64,000 nt of DNA from the human T2T-CHM13v2.0 reference genome, Homo sapiens. Positions within the stretch are counted from its first letter, which is position 1; each line of letters begins with the position of its first letter. Below are positions 26,939-41,024 of the stretch, one piece after another. Location: NCBI RefSeq assembly GCF_009914755.1, contig NC_060925.1; one strand, written 5' to 3'. The notes below the pieces were generated by a model. That model made no database searches. It was given only the letters and a program-made list of their open reading frames with translations, and was not told the origin of the DNA. Position numbers and translations under genes: made by a program.

Positions 26939-29900
26939 TTTCTTTTCTTTTTTTTAAATTTTACTTTAAGTTTTGGGATACGTGTGCAGAATGTGCAGGT
27001 TTGTTACATAGGTATATGTGTGCCATGGTGGTTTGCTACACCTATCAACTTATCATCTAGGTTTTAAGCCCCACATGCAATAACTATTTGTTCTAATGCT
27101 TTCCCTCCCCTTGCCCCCAACCCTCCCACCAGGCCCTGGTGTGTGTTATTCTCCTCCCTGTGGCCACGTGTTCTCATTGTTCAGCTCCCACTTATGTGTG
27201 AGAATACGTGGTGTTTGGTTTTCTGTTCCTGTGTTAGTTTACTAAGGATGATGGCTTCCAGCTTCATGTCCCTGCAAAGGACATGATCTCATTCTTTTTT
27301 ATGGCTGCATAATATTCCATGGTGTATATGTACTACATTTTCTTTATCCAGTCTATCATTGATGGACATTTGGGTTGGTTCCAAGTCTTTGCTATTGTGA
27401 ACAGTGCTGCAGTAAACATACGTGTGCATGTGCATTTATAGTAGAATGATTTATATTCCTTTGGGTATACACCCAGTAATAGGATTGCTGGGTCAAATGG
27501 TATTTCTGGTTCTATATCCTTGAGGAATCACCACACTGTCTTCCACAATGGTTGAACTAATTTACATTCCCACCAACACTGTAAAAGCATTCCTATTTCT
27601 CCACTGCCTTGCCAAGATCTATTGTTTCTTGACTTTTTAATAATCACATTCTGACTGGTGTGAGATGGTATCTCATTGTGGTTTTGATTTGCATTTCTCT
27701 AATGATTAGTGATGGTGAGCTTTTTTTCATATGTTTGTTGGTCATGTAAATGTCTTCTTTTGAGAAGTGTCTCTTTATATCCTTCACTCACTTTTTGATG
27801 GGGTTGTTTTTTTCTTGTAAATTTAAGTCTCTTATAGATTCTGGATATTACACCTTTGTCAGATGGGTAGATTGCAAAAATTTTCTCCCATTCTGTAGGT
27901 TGCCTGTTCACTCTGATGCTAGTTCCTTTAGTTGTGCAGAAGCCCTTTAGTTTAATTAGATCCCTTTTGTTAATTTTGCCTTTTGCTGCAATTGCTTTTG
28001 GCATTATCGTCATGAAATCTTTGCCAATGTCTATGTTCTGAATGGTATTGCCTAGGTTTTCTTCTAGGGTTTTTATGGTTTTGGGTTTTACATTTAAGTC
28101 TTTAATCCATCTTGAGTTAATTTTGGTATAAGGTGTAAGGAAGGAGTACAGTTTCAGTTTTCTGGATATGGCTAGCCAGTTTTCCCAGAACCACTAATTG
28201 AATAGGGAATCCTTTCTCATTGCTTGTTTTTGTCAGGTTTGTCAAAGATCAGATGGTTGTAGATGTGTGGTGTTATTTCTGAGGTCTCTGTTCTGTTCCA
28301 TTGGTCTATATTCCTGTTTTGGTACCAGTACCATGCTGTTTTGGTTATTGTAGACTTGTAGTATAGTTTGAAGTCAGGTAGCATGATGCCTCCAGCTTTA
28401 TTCTTTTTGCTTAGGATTATCTTGGCAATACAGACTCTTTTTTGGTTCCATGTGAAATTTAAAGTAGTTTTTTTCTAATTCTGTGAAGAATGTCAATAGT
28501 TTGATGGGAATAGCATTGAATCTATAAATTACTTTGGGCAGTATGGCCATTTTCACAATATTGATTCTTCCTAACCATGAGGATGGAATGTTTTTCCATT
28601 TGTTTGTGTCCTCTCTTATTTCCTTGAACAGTGGTTTGTAGTTCTTCTTGAAGAGGTCCTTCACATCCCTTGTTAGCTGTATTCCTAGGTATTTTATTCT
28701 CTTTGTAACAATTGTGAATGAGAGTTCATTCATGATTTGGCTCTCTGCTTGTCTATTATCGGTATAAAGCAATGCTTGTGATTTTTGCACATTGATTTTT
28801 TATCCTGAGACTTTGCTGAAGTTGTTTATCAGCTTAAGGAGTTTTTGGGCTGAGATGATGGGGTTTTCTAAATATAGAATCATGTCATTTGCAAACAGAC
28901 AATTTGACTTCCTCTCTTCCTATTTGAATACAACTTATTTATTTCTCTTGCCTGATTGCCCTGGCCAGGACTTCCAATACCCATGTTGAATAAGAGTGGT
29001 AAGAGAGGGCACCCTTTTCTTGTGTCTGCTTTCAAAGGGAATGCTTCCAGCTTTTGCCCATTCAGCATATTGGCTGTGGGTTTGTCATAAATAGCTCTTA
29101 TTATTTCAAGATATGTTCCATCAATACCTAGTTTATTGAGAATTTTTAACAGGATGTTGAAATTTATCAAAGGCCTTTTCTGCATCTATTGACGTAATCA
29201 TGTCATTTTTGTTATTGGTTCTGTTTATGTGATGGATTATGTTTATCGATTTGCACATGTTGAACCAGCCTTGCATCCCAGGGATGAAGCCGACTTGATC
29301 GTGGTAGACAAACTTTTTGATGTGCTGCTGGATTTGATTTGCCAGTGCTTTATGGAGGATTTTCTCATCAATGTTCATCAGGGATATCGGCCTGAAATTT
29401 TCTTTTTTTGTTGTGTCACTGCCAGGTTTTGGTATCAGGATGATGCTGGCCTCATAAAATAAGTTAGGGAGGAGTCTCTCTTTTTCTATTGTTTGGAATA
29501 GTTTCAGAAGGAATGGTACCAGCTCCTCTTTGTACCTCTGTTAGAATTCAGCTGTGAATCCATCTGGTCCTGGGATTTTTTTGGTTGGTAGGCTATTAAT
29601 TACTGCCTCCATTTCAGAACTTGTTATTGGCCTATTCAGGTATTCAACTTCTTCCTGGTTTACACCTTGGGAGGGTGTATGTGCCCAGGCATTTATCCAT
29701 TTTTTCTAGATTTTCTAGTTTATTTGCGTAGAGGTGTTTATAGTATTCTCTGATGGTAGTGTGTATTTCTGTGGGGTCTTTATCATTTTTTATTGTGTCT
29801 ATTTGATTCTTCTCTCTTTTCTTCTTTAGTAGTCTAGCTAGTGGTCTATCTATTTTGTTATTTTTTTTTTCAAAAACCCAGATCCTGGATTCATTGAGTT

Positions 29901-32900
29901 TTTGAAGGGTTTTTCATGTCTCTGTGTCCTTCAGTTCTGCTCTGATCTTAGTTATTTCTTGTCTTCTGCTAGCCTTTGTATTTGTTCGTTCTTGCTTATC
30001 TAGTTCTTTTAATTGTGGTGCTAGGGTGTCAATTTGAGATCTTTCTAGCTTTCTGGTATGGGCATTTGGTATTATAATTTTTTCTTTTAACACTGCTTTA
30101 GCTGTGTCCCAGAGATTTTGGTACATTGTCTCTTTGTTTTCATTCGTTTCAAAGAAGTTCTTTATTTCTGCCTTAATTTCATTATTTACTCAGGAGTCTT
30201 TCAGGAGCAGGTTGTTCAATTTCTGTGTCATTGTGTGGTTTTGAGTGAGTTTCTTAATCCTGAGTTCTAATTTGATTGCACTGTGGTCTGATAGACTATT
30301 TGTTATGATTTCTGTTCTTTTGCATTTGCTGAGGAGTGTTTTACTTCCAATTATGTGGTCAATTTTAGGATAAGTGCCATGTGGCACTGAGAAGAATGTA
30401 TATTCGTTGATTTGGGGTGGAGAGTTCTGTAGATGTCTATTTGGTCCATTTGATCTAGAACTGAGTTCAAGTCGGAATATCTTTGTTAATTTTTTGTCTT
30501 GTTGATCTGTCTAATATTGACAGTGAGTTGTTAAAGTCCCCCACCATTATTGTGTAGGAGTCTAAGTCTCTTTGTAGGTCTCTAAGAATTAGTTTTTATA
30601 AGTCTGGGTGCTCCTGTATTTGGTACATATATATTTAAGGTAGATCTTCTTGTTGAATTGATCCCCATACTATTATGTAATGCCCTTCTTTGTCTTTCGT
30701 GATCTTTCTTGGTTTAAAGTCTGTTTTGTCAGAGACTAGGATTACAACCCCTGCTTTTTTTTTTTTTTTTTTTTTTTTTGCTTTTCATATGCTTGGTAAA
30801 TTTTCCTCCACCTCTTTATTTTGAGCCTATATGTGTCTTTGCACATGAGATGGATCTCCTGAATACAACACACTGATGAGTCTTGACTCTTTATCCAATC
30901 TGCCAGTCTGTGTCTTTTAATTGGGGCATTTATCCATTTACATTTAAGGCTAGTATTGTTATCTGTGAATTTGATCCTGTTATCATGATGCAAGCTGGAT
31001 ATTTTGCACACTAGTTGATGCAGTTTCTTCATAGTGTTATTGGTCTTTACATTTTGGTGTGTTTTTGCAGTAGGTGATACCAGTTTTTCCTTTCCATATT
31101 TTGTGTTTCCTTCAGGAGCTCTTGCAAGGCAGGCCTGGTGGTGATGAAATCCCTCAGCATTTGCTTGTCTGGAAAGGATCTTATTTCTCCTTTGCTTATG
31201 AAGCTTAGTTTGGCTGAATATTAAATCCTGGGTTAAAAATTCTTTTCTTTTAAATGTTGAATATTGGCCCTCACTCTCTTCTGGCTTGTAGGGTTTCTGC
31301 TGAGAGATCCACTGTTAGTTTGATGGGCTTCCCTTTGTAGGTTATCTAGCCTTTCTCTCTGGCTGCCCTTAACGTTTTTTACTTAATTTCGACCTTGGAG
31401 AATCTGATGATTATTTGTCTTGTGGTTGATCTTCTCATGGAGTATCTTAGCAGTATTCTCTGTATTTCCTGAATTTGAATGTTAGCCTGTCTTGCTAAGT
31501 TGGGGAATTTCTCCTGGATAATATCCTGAAGTGTGTTTTCCAACTTGGTTCCATTCTCCCCATCTCTTTCAGGTACTCCAATCATAGGTTTGGTCTTTTC
31601 ACATAGTCCCATATTTTGCAGAGGTTTTGTATGTTCCTTTTCATTCTTTTGTCTCTAATCTTGTCTGCACGCCTTATTTCAGAAAGATGGTCTTCAAACT
31701 CTGATATCCTTTTTTCCACTTCATCGATTTGGCTATTGATACTTCTGTATGCTTCATGAAGTTCTCACGCTGTGTTTTTCAGCTCCTCCAGGTCACTTAT
31801 GTTCCTCTCTAAGCTGGTTATTCTAGTTATCAGCTCCTGTAACCTTTTATCAAAATTCTTGGCTTCTTTGCATTGGGTTAGAACATGCTTCTTTAGCTCA
31901 GCGGGGTTTGTTATTACCCACCTTCTGACAATTCATCCATCTCATCTCCCATCTAGTTCTGCACCCTTGCTGGAGAGGTGTTGCAGTCATTTGGAGAAGA
32001 GGCATCCTGGCTTTTGGAATTTTCATTGTTTTTGTATTATTTTTTCCCTCATTTTCATGGATGTATCTACCTTTGATCTTTGAGGCTAACAACCTTCGGA
32101 TGGGTTTTTTGGGAGGTGTCTTTTTTGTTGATGTTGTTGTTTTCTGTTTGTTAGTTTTTCTTCTAGCAGTCAGGCTCCTCTTCTGCAGGTCTGCTGCAGT
32201 TTGCTGGGGGTTCACATTAGACCCTGTTCACCTAAGTATCACCAGTGGAGGCTGCAGAACAACAAAGATTGCTGCCTGCTCCTTCCTCCGGAAGGTTCAT
32301 CCCAGAGGGGCACTGGTCTGATGCCATCTGGAGCTTTCCTGTATGAGGCGTCTGTCGACCCCTGTTGGGAGGTCTCTCTGAGTTATGAGGCATGGGGTCA
32401 GGGACTCACTTGAGGAGGCAGTCTTTCCCTGAGCAGAGCTAGTGCGCTGTGCTGGGAGAATCCCCCTTGTCAGGATCAGCTGCTCTCTTCAGTGCCGGCA
32501 GGTAAACAAGTTTAAATCTGCTAAACCTGAGACTGCAGCCACCTTTCCCTCAACGTACTCTTTCCTAGGGAGATGAGAGTTCTGTCTGTAAGCCCCTAAC
32601 TGGAGCTGCTGGATTTCCTGCAGAGATGCCCTGCCCTGTGAGGAGGCATCTAGAGAAGCAGTCTGGCCATGGCCACTTAGCTGCACTGTGGTGAATTCCA
32701 CCTAGTCTAAACCTCTCAGTCTCCTTGGCACTGTCAGGGGAAAACTGCCAACTAAAGCCACAGTAATGGTGGTCACCCCTCCCCCACCAAACTGGGTCAT
32801 CCCAGGCAGATTCCAAACTGCTGTGCTGGCAGTGGTTCTTAGCTTGCTGAGCTCCATGGGGGTGGAACCTGCTGAGTGAGACCCCTTGGCTCCCTGGCTT

Positions 32901-33363
32901 CAGCCCTCTTTCCAGGGGAGTGGATGGTTTTCCTGTGTCACTGGAGTTCCAGGTGCAACTAGAGTATGTAAAAACTCCTGCAGCTCAGTGCCTGCCCAAA
33001 CAGCCATCCAGTTTTGTGCCTGAAACCCAGGGCTCTGGCGTATAGGCTCAAAAGGGAATCTCTTGATCTGAGGATTGCAAAATTCCGTGGGAAAAGTGTT
33101 GTACCCCTGGTGGGTAGCCCACTCTCTCACTGCTTCCTTTGGCTGGGGGATAAAGGTTCCCCCATTCTGTACACTCTCCAGGTGAAGCAATGCCCCACCC
33201 TCCTTCTCCTCATTCTTTATGGGCCACGTCCACTGCCTAGCCAGTCCCAGTGAGATGAACTGGGTACCTCAGTTGGAAATGCAGAAATCACCCACCTTCT
33301 GGGTTGGTCTCACTGGGAGCTGAAGACTGGAGCTGTGTTTTTTCGGCCATTTTGGCCCCTCCT
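26939..33363 (-). mobile_element. Full-length (~6.4 kb) L1PA8-like LINE-1 with disrupted ORF1 and ORF2
   Basis: 3' UTR gttttaagccccacatgca; ORF2 fragments ([38 protein letters not shown]); ORF1 fragment (GVPERDGENGTKLENTLQDIIQE); 5' end gccaaaatggccgaa; degenerate TSD tcctgaccgcttttct (26923-26938) / tcctgaaccacttttct (33364-33380). Confidence 0.93.
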
Positions 33364-36300
33364 TCCTGAACCACTTTTCTAAAACCATTGTATAACACTT
33401 CTCTATTCCTCCAGCTTCTAACCTTGTATTTACCCTTTAATACAAGGGTATTAAAGAGTAATACCCTTTTCTTCCCTTTCATCCTTTGTTTCTTTCCTCA
33501 AATATCCTTTAAATTATCCCATGAAGAACCTATCCAATTCAATAAGGTATTGTTCCCTATAGGTAATACTCTAGTAGGGTTTACCCCACACAGAAAGAGG
33601 AATGGGACTCATCCAATGTAAAATCTGAAAGGTGATTGTGGTATCACTTTAATACCACTAAATGAGATATTGGGATTGTTCTTTCCTTTTGCCTCTGCTT
33701 TTGGTTTCCTTACACAGAGAAAAATAATCCAGTCATGTCAAATGTTATATGTAACACGAAATTATACTCTGGGTGAAACTTGGCATTTGGGGTCAGTGGT
33801 TTTCATATGTAGGTTGCTGAAGTTCCCTGAAGGTAGTCAGTTATGACGTTTTTCTACATAGTCTATCATTCCCAGAAAACTAATTGATAAATAAAAATGC
33901 TTAGTAACTATTATTGTCCTTATTTGTTGATACAACTTGATGAAAAAGAAAGAAAATTATTTTCCAAATAGTTCTGACAATATCTTGCAACTGGAGCTAG
34001 AAAAAGAGGGTTCCAAATGCCAAAATAATGCCCAAGGATTCTAACTTAGCTGAAGAGCATAGCCCAACTGAGGAATATACTCAATAGTTATTGTAATTGG
34101 TTTATTTTCTCCAAAAATGCTGCACATCTACACTAACTATTACATTCCATGCAAGAATATTAATATTCAGCTTAAAGTGCCTCTAAACTTTACGTGATTG
34201 AATATCATTTCAGTAATAACAGTCAATTAAAAAAATTTGATGAGCCATGTTGACATGTCATGATCCCAAATTAACTTATTTTGTGAAAGTTCTTTTAGTG
34301 TCTCAGATTCTATGAAATTAGAAGAAACCAGAGTGTTGATAAAACTAAAAAAAAAAAAAATTAAATACTTCAAGTTTGTGCCTCGATTAAGTATTTTCAT
34401 TTATTTTTGAGGGGAAAACATATACAAGTTAAGCCAAAATAGTACTACTTAGAAACAGCCACTAAAATCCAGTGCTTCATTAATATTTGAAAAGAAAACC
34501 TGAATTCTAAAAAATTTTAGGCAGGCCAAAGTGGAGAAGCTGTTTTCTAAAAAGCTAAGCATCGTGTACTGCACACTCCTTTTAAAAAACCAAACTCTTG
34601 TCTCTCTTTTTAGTGCTCTGCTGCTGTTTGAGGTTTCAGATACTCTTGCAAACATGTGCTTGTATGTTTTGCCCTCAAACCCTTCAAATCTCATTACTAT
34701 TCTCTTCTTGCACAAACACCTCAGTCTAACTTTTCTCCTGTTTCCTTCGTAATGTCTTCTTACCTTAAAATGAACTTTTTTCTTCCTTCAAATAAGTACT
34801 AGTATTGAGGATTCAATTGTTTATCTTTCACCACTGGGTTCCACTAAAATCTTTTTCACTTCATCATAAATTTCTCTTTTTCTTTTCAGAATAAAACACA
34901 GCAGTGGAGCACTCATCACAGATCTATGCAGATAGTAGTTACAGTATTATCACTTTTAAAAAGAAAAGAAAATGACATAAAATTGATCTGGTACATTGGT
35001 TTAAAATAGCATGAAATCACTTGAATTTGTACATGGTTTATTCCATACTATGTGTTTCAAATTTCTCCCCTTGAGTACTAGTTGAGCCTCCCATTTTATT
35101 TTGTTCTTATTAATTTTTAGCATGTATTGACTGAATAAAACAATACTTTTTAAGCACTAAGAAGAATACTCCTCCAGCAGTTAGGTTTGATGATACATTC
35201 CTAAATTGCCCAATTGTAAAAACAGATTGACAAAAAGAGTATTATACTGTAAGATGGAAAACAAACGTATAGACCTATAAAGCGAATTACAAGACAAGAT
35301 TTCTGCATTCCCAAAGGCAAATGATGCTGGGGAATTTTTCTCAGATCGAAATTACCCTTAAATAATTCACATTACCTGCTTTTAGGGGACTGCAGTTTGA
35401 ATATAAACTATTAATTTTTGATGCTTCAAGTTGTATTTCTATGTGTCAAATTGTGACACAAAATGTTGTTTGCTAGCATATGGGATGGATTCATACTGTT
35501 TTAAAATATTAGCTTGAATGGAGAAATTTCTTTAGTGATTTCTCATTTTATAATAATAAAATGGAATTTTTATAGCCAATAAAAGACATTTGTCCTGATA
35601 ATTTGTGTCACAATCGCCAAATACATGATTACCAAAATATCTATTTATGCCCTTCTTCTAGCTAGATAGTGACATTTACCACTTTCCTTTAAGAATGTGT
35701 TTAAGAATCAGCAAACAGAGCAATATGGAAAAATCATTGAATGAGATGTCAGAAAATCTGATTTTTTTCTAGATTCTTCAACTCATTAGAGAAACCAAAA
35801 GCAAACTATTTGGCATGTTGCTGTCCCCATTTTATCATTTGACATAAGGGAGTTAGATCAGACATTCCTAAATACTATTTTGAACTTTAAAATAATGTGG
35901 CTGAAAGACTATTCCTCATCTCATTGTACCTCAAAATACATCTGAATCATTTCAACCAGATTGTCTATCATTTTATCTGATGCCACTTGTATCTACATAA
36001 GCTCTAGATCCTATATTTTTTTCCTAAGCATTATATCTCAAATGTTGTCCACTCCCAAACTTCTTTTGCCAGGTTTTTCTCCCTTTGCCAAATTCCTCTT
36101 CAATTCTTTCCAAAGGCAGAGGGTTGGACTTTGGACCAAATATTAACTGTTCTCCAAGGCAATATAATTAATTTCAAGTTTGTGATTAATCCAAACAGGC
36201 ATCTTAGGGAAAGCATTCAATTCAATTAAGCAAGGATTTCCTGAGCTGTTTCCTTTAATCTTAAACTACACCCTGCATTACACACATCTTTATTTTAAAG

Positions 36301-36639
36301 CAGCACAACATATACTTTATTGTATTCAAATATCCCCCTTTACTTTTATGCACAATGAAACTTCATAAATCCAGATAACTTAAACTTGGTGATGGTGATA
36401 TAGATCTTTTAGTTCTGGAGGATTCTAAATTATAGAATACTATTATTTTCTAGCAGCTGTAAAACAATGAAGACGGCACTGGGCAGTTGGCTATTTTTTG
36501 TGCAACATAGAGGAACATGTCAGTAGCATTAAGGAAGAAACCCATAAACCACAAGAGCATTTTTATCCATTCTACAGACTGAAGAATTGCTTCTGGTAAC
36601 TAAGGAAGAGGCCCGCTTAGCCCACTCACATACTATTTC

Positions 36640-39600
36640 CTTTTAATCAACTTTATTGAGGTATAATTTAAAAACAATAAACTGCGCTCTTCGTAATTGC
36701 TGTTTGATGAGTTCTGACAAAAATATACTCCCATGCATCTAACACCACAATCAAGATAAAGAATATTGCCAGAAAATACTCATTTATGCTTTTATCCATG
36801 CAGTCTCTTCTCCTCACCCCCGATCCAGGCAGCCAGGGATCTACTTTTCATATAACAATTTAAAATTTTCTAGAGTTTCTCAAAAATATAATCATACAAT
36901 ATGTTCTCTTTGTGTTTCCACAATCTTTTGATTACCATAATGTTTCTGAGATTCATATGTTGTTGTATTTATTAGTAATTCTATTCTTTTAATGCTGAGT
37001 TGCTTTCCATTGCATAGATGTGCCACAATTTGTCCACTCATCAGTTGATAGGTGTATGACTTGTTTCTAATGTTTATGCTATTGTAAACAAAGTGCCTGT
37101 GGACGCTTACCTACAAATCTTTGTGTGAATGTATTTTCACTTCTCTTGGGTAAATACTTAAGGGTAGATTGGCTGTATTATAAGGTAAGTGCATTTTAAA
37201 CTTTATAAGAGACTGCAGAATTGTTTTCCAAACTAGATTAGTACCATTCTATTTCCACCAGAAATAAATGAAAGTTGCCATTGGTCCCCATTCTCACCAA
37301 CATTTGATTTTATCCAACTTTTTAATTGCAACCATTCAAAGTGATGTAGTTTTAATTTGCATTTCTTAAGACAGCGGATGAGGATCTTATCACGTATGTG
37401 TTGGCTCTTCGTATATCTTCTTTTGTAAATTGCCTGTTCAAATATTTTTAGCCTTTTTCATTAGTGTGTTTCTCTTCTCATCATTGAATTGTAGGAATTT
37501 TCTGTCTATTCTGTATACAACTCTATTTTCATATCTATGTATTATGAATATTTTCTTCCAGGCTGTGGTTTGCTCTTTCATTTTCTTAACATTGTCATTC
37601 AAATAGCAGAAAGTTTTAATTTTGATGAAGTCCATTTTATAGTATTTCTAAGTGTTTTTGGCTTTTTGTGTTTATGTAAGGAATGTTTGACCACTTCAAA
37701 ATGTAAGTACTCTATCCTAGGTTTCCTTATGGATGTTTTATTTTCTTTACCTTTTACATTTCAGTCAATTTTCTATTTTGAATTAATTTTATGTATTCTG
37801 TGAGTTAACGGTCAAAGATTTGGGGTTTTTTTGTTTTTTATGTTGGTGATTCCTCCTCTCCTTCTCTCCCCCCTCCTGCCACAACCCTCTTCCCTTTCTT
37901 TCTCCTCCTTATCTTCTTTTTCTTTTCCTTCTTCTGCATACAGATGTTGAAATGTTCCAATACCATTTGTGGCAAAGATTATTCATTCCTTATTGGATTA
38001 CTTTTTCATGTAATTTAAAAAATCAATTGGCATTATATGTGTGAATTTGCTACTCTTATTACAATTACATTGGTCAGTATGTCTACTTTTACATTCATAT
38101 TAAAGTGTCTTGATTGCTTTAGCTTTATAATAAGTATTCAAATCAGATAGTGTAAGGTACTCTGACTTTGTATTTTTTCTCCAAGATGTTTAGTCCTTTA
38201 CCTATTCATAAATTTTAGAATTAAAAATTCATCAATATCTATCAAATATCATGGTATGATTTTGATTAGGATTCCATTAAAACTATAGATCAATTAGAGA
38301 TAATCATCATCTTAAAATAATGAGTCTTCTGATACATTAATGTAATCCATCTATTTCTCTATTATTTTATATTGTCTTTAATTTCTCTCAGCATTCTTTT
38401 GTAGTTTTCAGTGTATAGGTTTTGATAATTTAAGTTTATCTCTAAGCACTTCTTAGATTTTGTTGCTTATATAAATGACCCTTAAAAAATGGTTTCCAAT
38501 TGTTTGTTGTCTATATGTAAAAATACAATAGACTTTCACATATGGTCCTGTATCTCGTGACCTTACTTAACTCCTTTTATATTTCTAATAGCTTCTCCCT
38601 GTGACTTCTTATGATTTTTCTACAGAGCCAATCAGTTATTTGCAAAGAGAAAGAGTTTTACTTCTTCCTTTTTAAAAATCTGTATGTTTTTTGTTTTGAT
38701 ACTGGTAATTTGTCTCTTCTTTTCTTTTTCCATGATTATTCTAGCTAGTAGTTTTTCAGCTTTATTGATCTTGTTGAATAACTGTTTTTTGGTGGTATAC
38801 ATTTTTCTCTGTATTGTTCTGCATTCTATTTCTTTGATATGTTTATTATTTTCTTCTTTCTGCTTAGAGTGGGTTTAATTTTCTTTTTCTTGTTTCTTTT
38901 ACTTTTTTTTTTATAATTTTAACTTTTATTTTAGATTCAGGGGTACATGTGCAGGTTTGTTATCTCAGAATATTGTGTGAGTTTTCTTGTTTCTTAAAGT
39001 GAAAACTTATATCATCGATTTGAGAAGTTTCTTCCTTTCTTATATAAGATTTTAATAATAGGAATTTTTCTCTTATCGTCAACCTGCATCTCCCCAATTT
39101 TTATGTTGCAATTTTATTTTCATTTAGTTAAAAATATTTTCCAATTTCCCTAGTGATTAAAGTCTTGAGTAATTTGGAAGTGTGTTATTTAATTTTCACA
39201 TGTGTTTGTTGAGAGGATAGACTTTGTATAATTGGGTTTTTTTTATATTTATTGATACTTATTTTATGGAGTTAGAATATAGTCTATTTTGGTGAATGTT
39301 CCATGCAAACTTGAATGAATGGTATTCTACTGTAGTTAGATGGGAAGCTCCATAAATGTCAATAGATCATGTTTATTGACAGTGCTGCCCAAATTGTTTC
39401 AGCTACCAAGATAAGATGTTGAAGGCCCCTGCTGTAACTTTGGATTTGTCTTATTATTGTTTTTAGTTCTGTTAGTGTCCGTTTTGTGTATTTTTAAGTT
39501 CTATTATTAGGTGTATACTAATTTAGAATATTTATGCCCTCTTGATGAGTTATTCATCTCCTTATCTTTATGAAATGTCCCTCTTTGTCCCTGGCTCTGA

Positions 39601-39660
39601 AGTCCACTTTTTCTAGATTAAATGGTTACTCCAGCTTTCTTCTAATTCCTGTTTGCATTA
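36640..39660 (-). mobile_element. Old L1M (ME1/MB-like) fragment, internally deleted
   Basis: 3' end ctttattgaggtataattta...caccacaatcaagata; ORF2-like fragment MDFIKIKTFC. Confidence 0.8.
38899..38981 (-). mobile_element. ~80-bp L1PA16/L1PB-type 3' stub
   Basis: aacttttattttagattcaggggtacatgtgcaggtttgtta; perfect 14-bp TSD ttttcttgtttctt at 38885-38898 and 38982-38995. Confidence 0.85.
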
Positions 39661-40398
39661 ATGTTTATATAGATGTTTCACTTCTATTTACAAGCAAACT
39701 TATTTATATTTCCATGTGACTGCAATACAGTATAATGGTAAAGACCTATGGACTCAGAGGCCAGCCTAGTAAACATGAGTGTTTGAAATAAAAAAGATAA
39801 AAACAAATTAAACTTTATTAAAGTTCATACTGACGTTACTACTTATAATTGCTTCAAAACAGAAGAAGATAATACACATTATTCTTTTACAAGTTTGTTT
39901 AAAAAAGAAATCTTTTCTCATTAAGTAATCAGTAAATTACATTCTTCTTAAGACATGCCCTACAGAGGAGTACTACGATTCTTCTCATTTTAGTACTTGA
40001 GACACAAGATGTCCTTTTATATATGCTTACACTCTTAAAGCTTAGCTAATATAAGTGTAAAAGTCTTCTTCCTTAAATAGCAAAAAGTAGTACAAATAAG
40101 GAATTCTACTTGGGCTTTTGTGGGTATAAGAAGTATCAAATAGAAAAAACATTATTTCATTATCAAAATAATTCACAGACATTTAAGACCTCAGTTTTAC
40201 CTGGGTGATTTACAGTTCAACTATAGAGAAGCAACAGTAACATTCTGTCTGTAAGAACGCATGTACCACAGAAAGGGGTTTCGTTGTTCTCTGCTTTCTC
40301 TCCAGTGTATACAAACATACTTGGTATGTTTCTGTTGAATGGATGAATCCAAGATTTATGTGTGCCAAATGCGATGCTAGGCAATAGGGAAGAGTGAG

Positions 40399-40429
40399 AT
40401 ATCTATATATATATCTATATCTATCTATC

Positions 40430-40476
<47 letters not shown>

Positions 40477-40500
40477 CATCTATCTGTTTTTCTATCTATA
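40399..40500. repeat. Compound (TATC)n/GATA-type tetranucleotide STR
   Basis: about 11 uninterrupted TCTA units at 40431-40474 with degenerate flanks. Confidence 0.95.
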
Positions 40501-41024
40501 GTTTGCCATCAAGGAGCTCATATTCTAGTAATGAGGATGTATAACAAGGAGCTTATATTCTAGTAATGAGAATGTGTAACTGGTGGAGGGGGGCAACAAA
40601 TTGAAGCAAGAGATGGTAAGTGGTTTGAAAGAAAATTTTTTAATTTAACAAGAAGAGAAGTGTCAAAGATGGGTGGTGAAGCATATTAAAAACTAGTTTG
40701 GTGAAGGAAATTCTCTCCTTTAATAAATGCAACATCTGAGCAGAAATATCTGGAGGAAGAGAGGGTAGTCCCCATCAGCTTGCTCAGGAAGGAGCCTTCT
40801 AAGTAGAAACAGTGACACATTGGACAGGCTGTGATGTACAGGTGCATTTAGCAGGTTCCACAAATAACAAGGAGCCTGTGTGACTGGATCCAGTGGTAGG
40901 AAATGAGTCAGAGACACAGTGAGGGCTTTTTTGGCCTTAGTTAATAATTTTTTTATTCTGAATGAGATGGGAAGCCATTAGAGGTTTTTGAACAGAGGAC
41001 AGAGATGATCTGACAAAAGTAGTG

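Noticed and set aside
27699-32215. ORFs with reverse transcriptase, endonuclease and ORF1p similarity
   Set aside because: Frameshifted fragments of the dead L1PA8-like element; no intact ORF1 or ORF2.
34870-34990. Strong plus-strand acceptor tttctctttttcttttcAG
   Set aside because: No convincing downstream donor and no recognisable coding frame.
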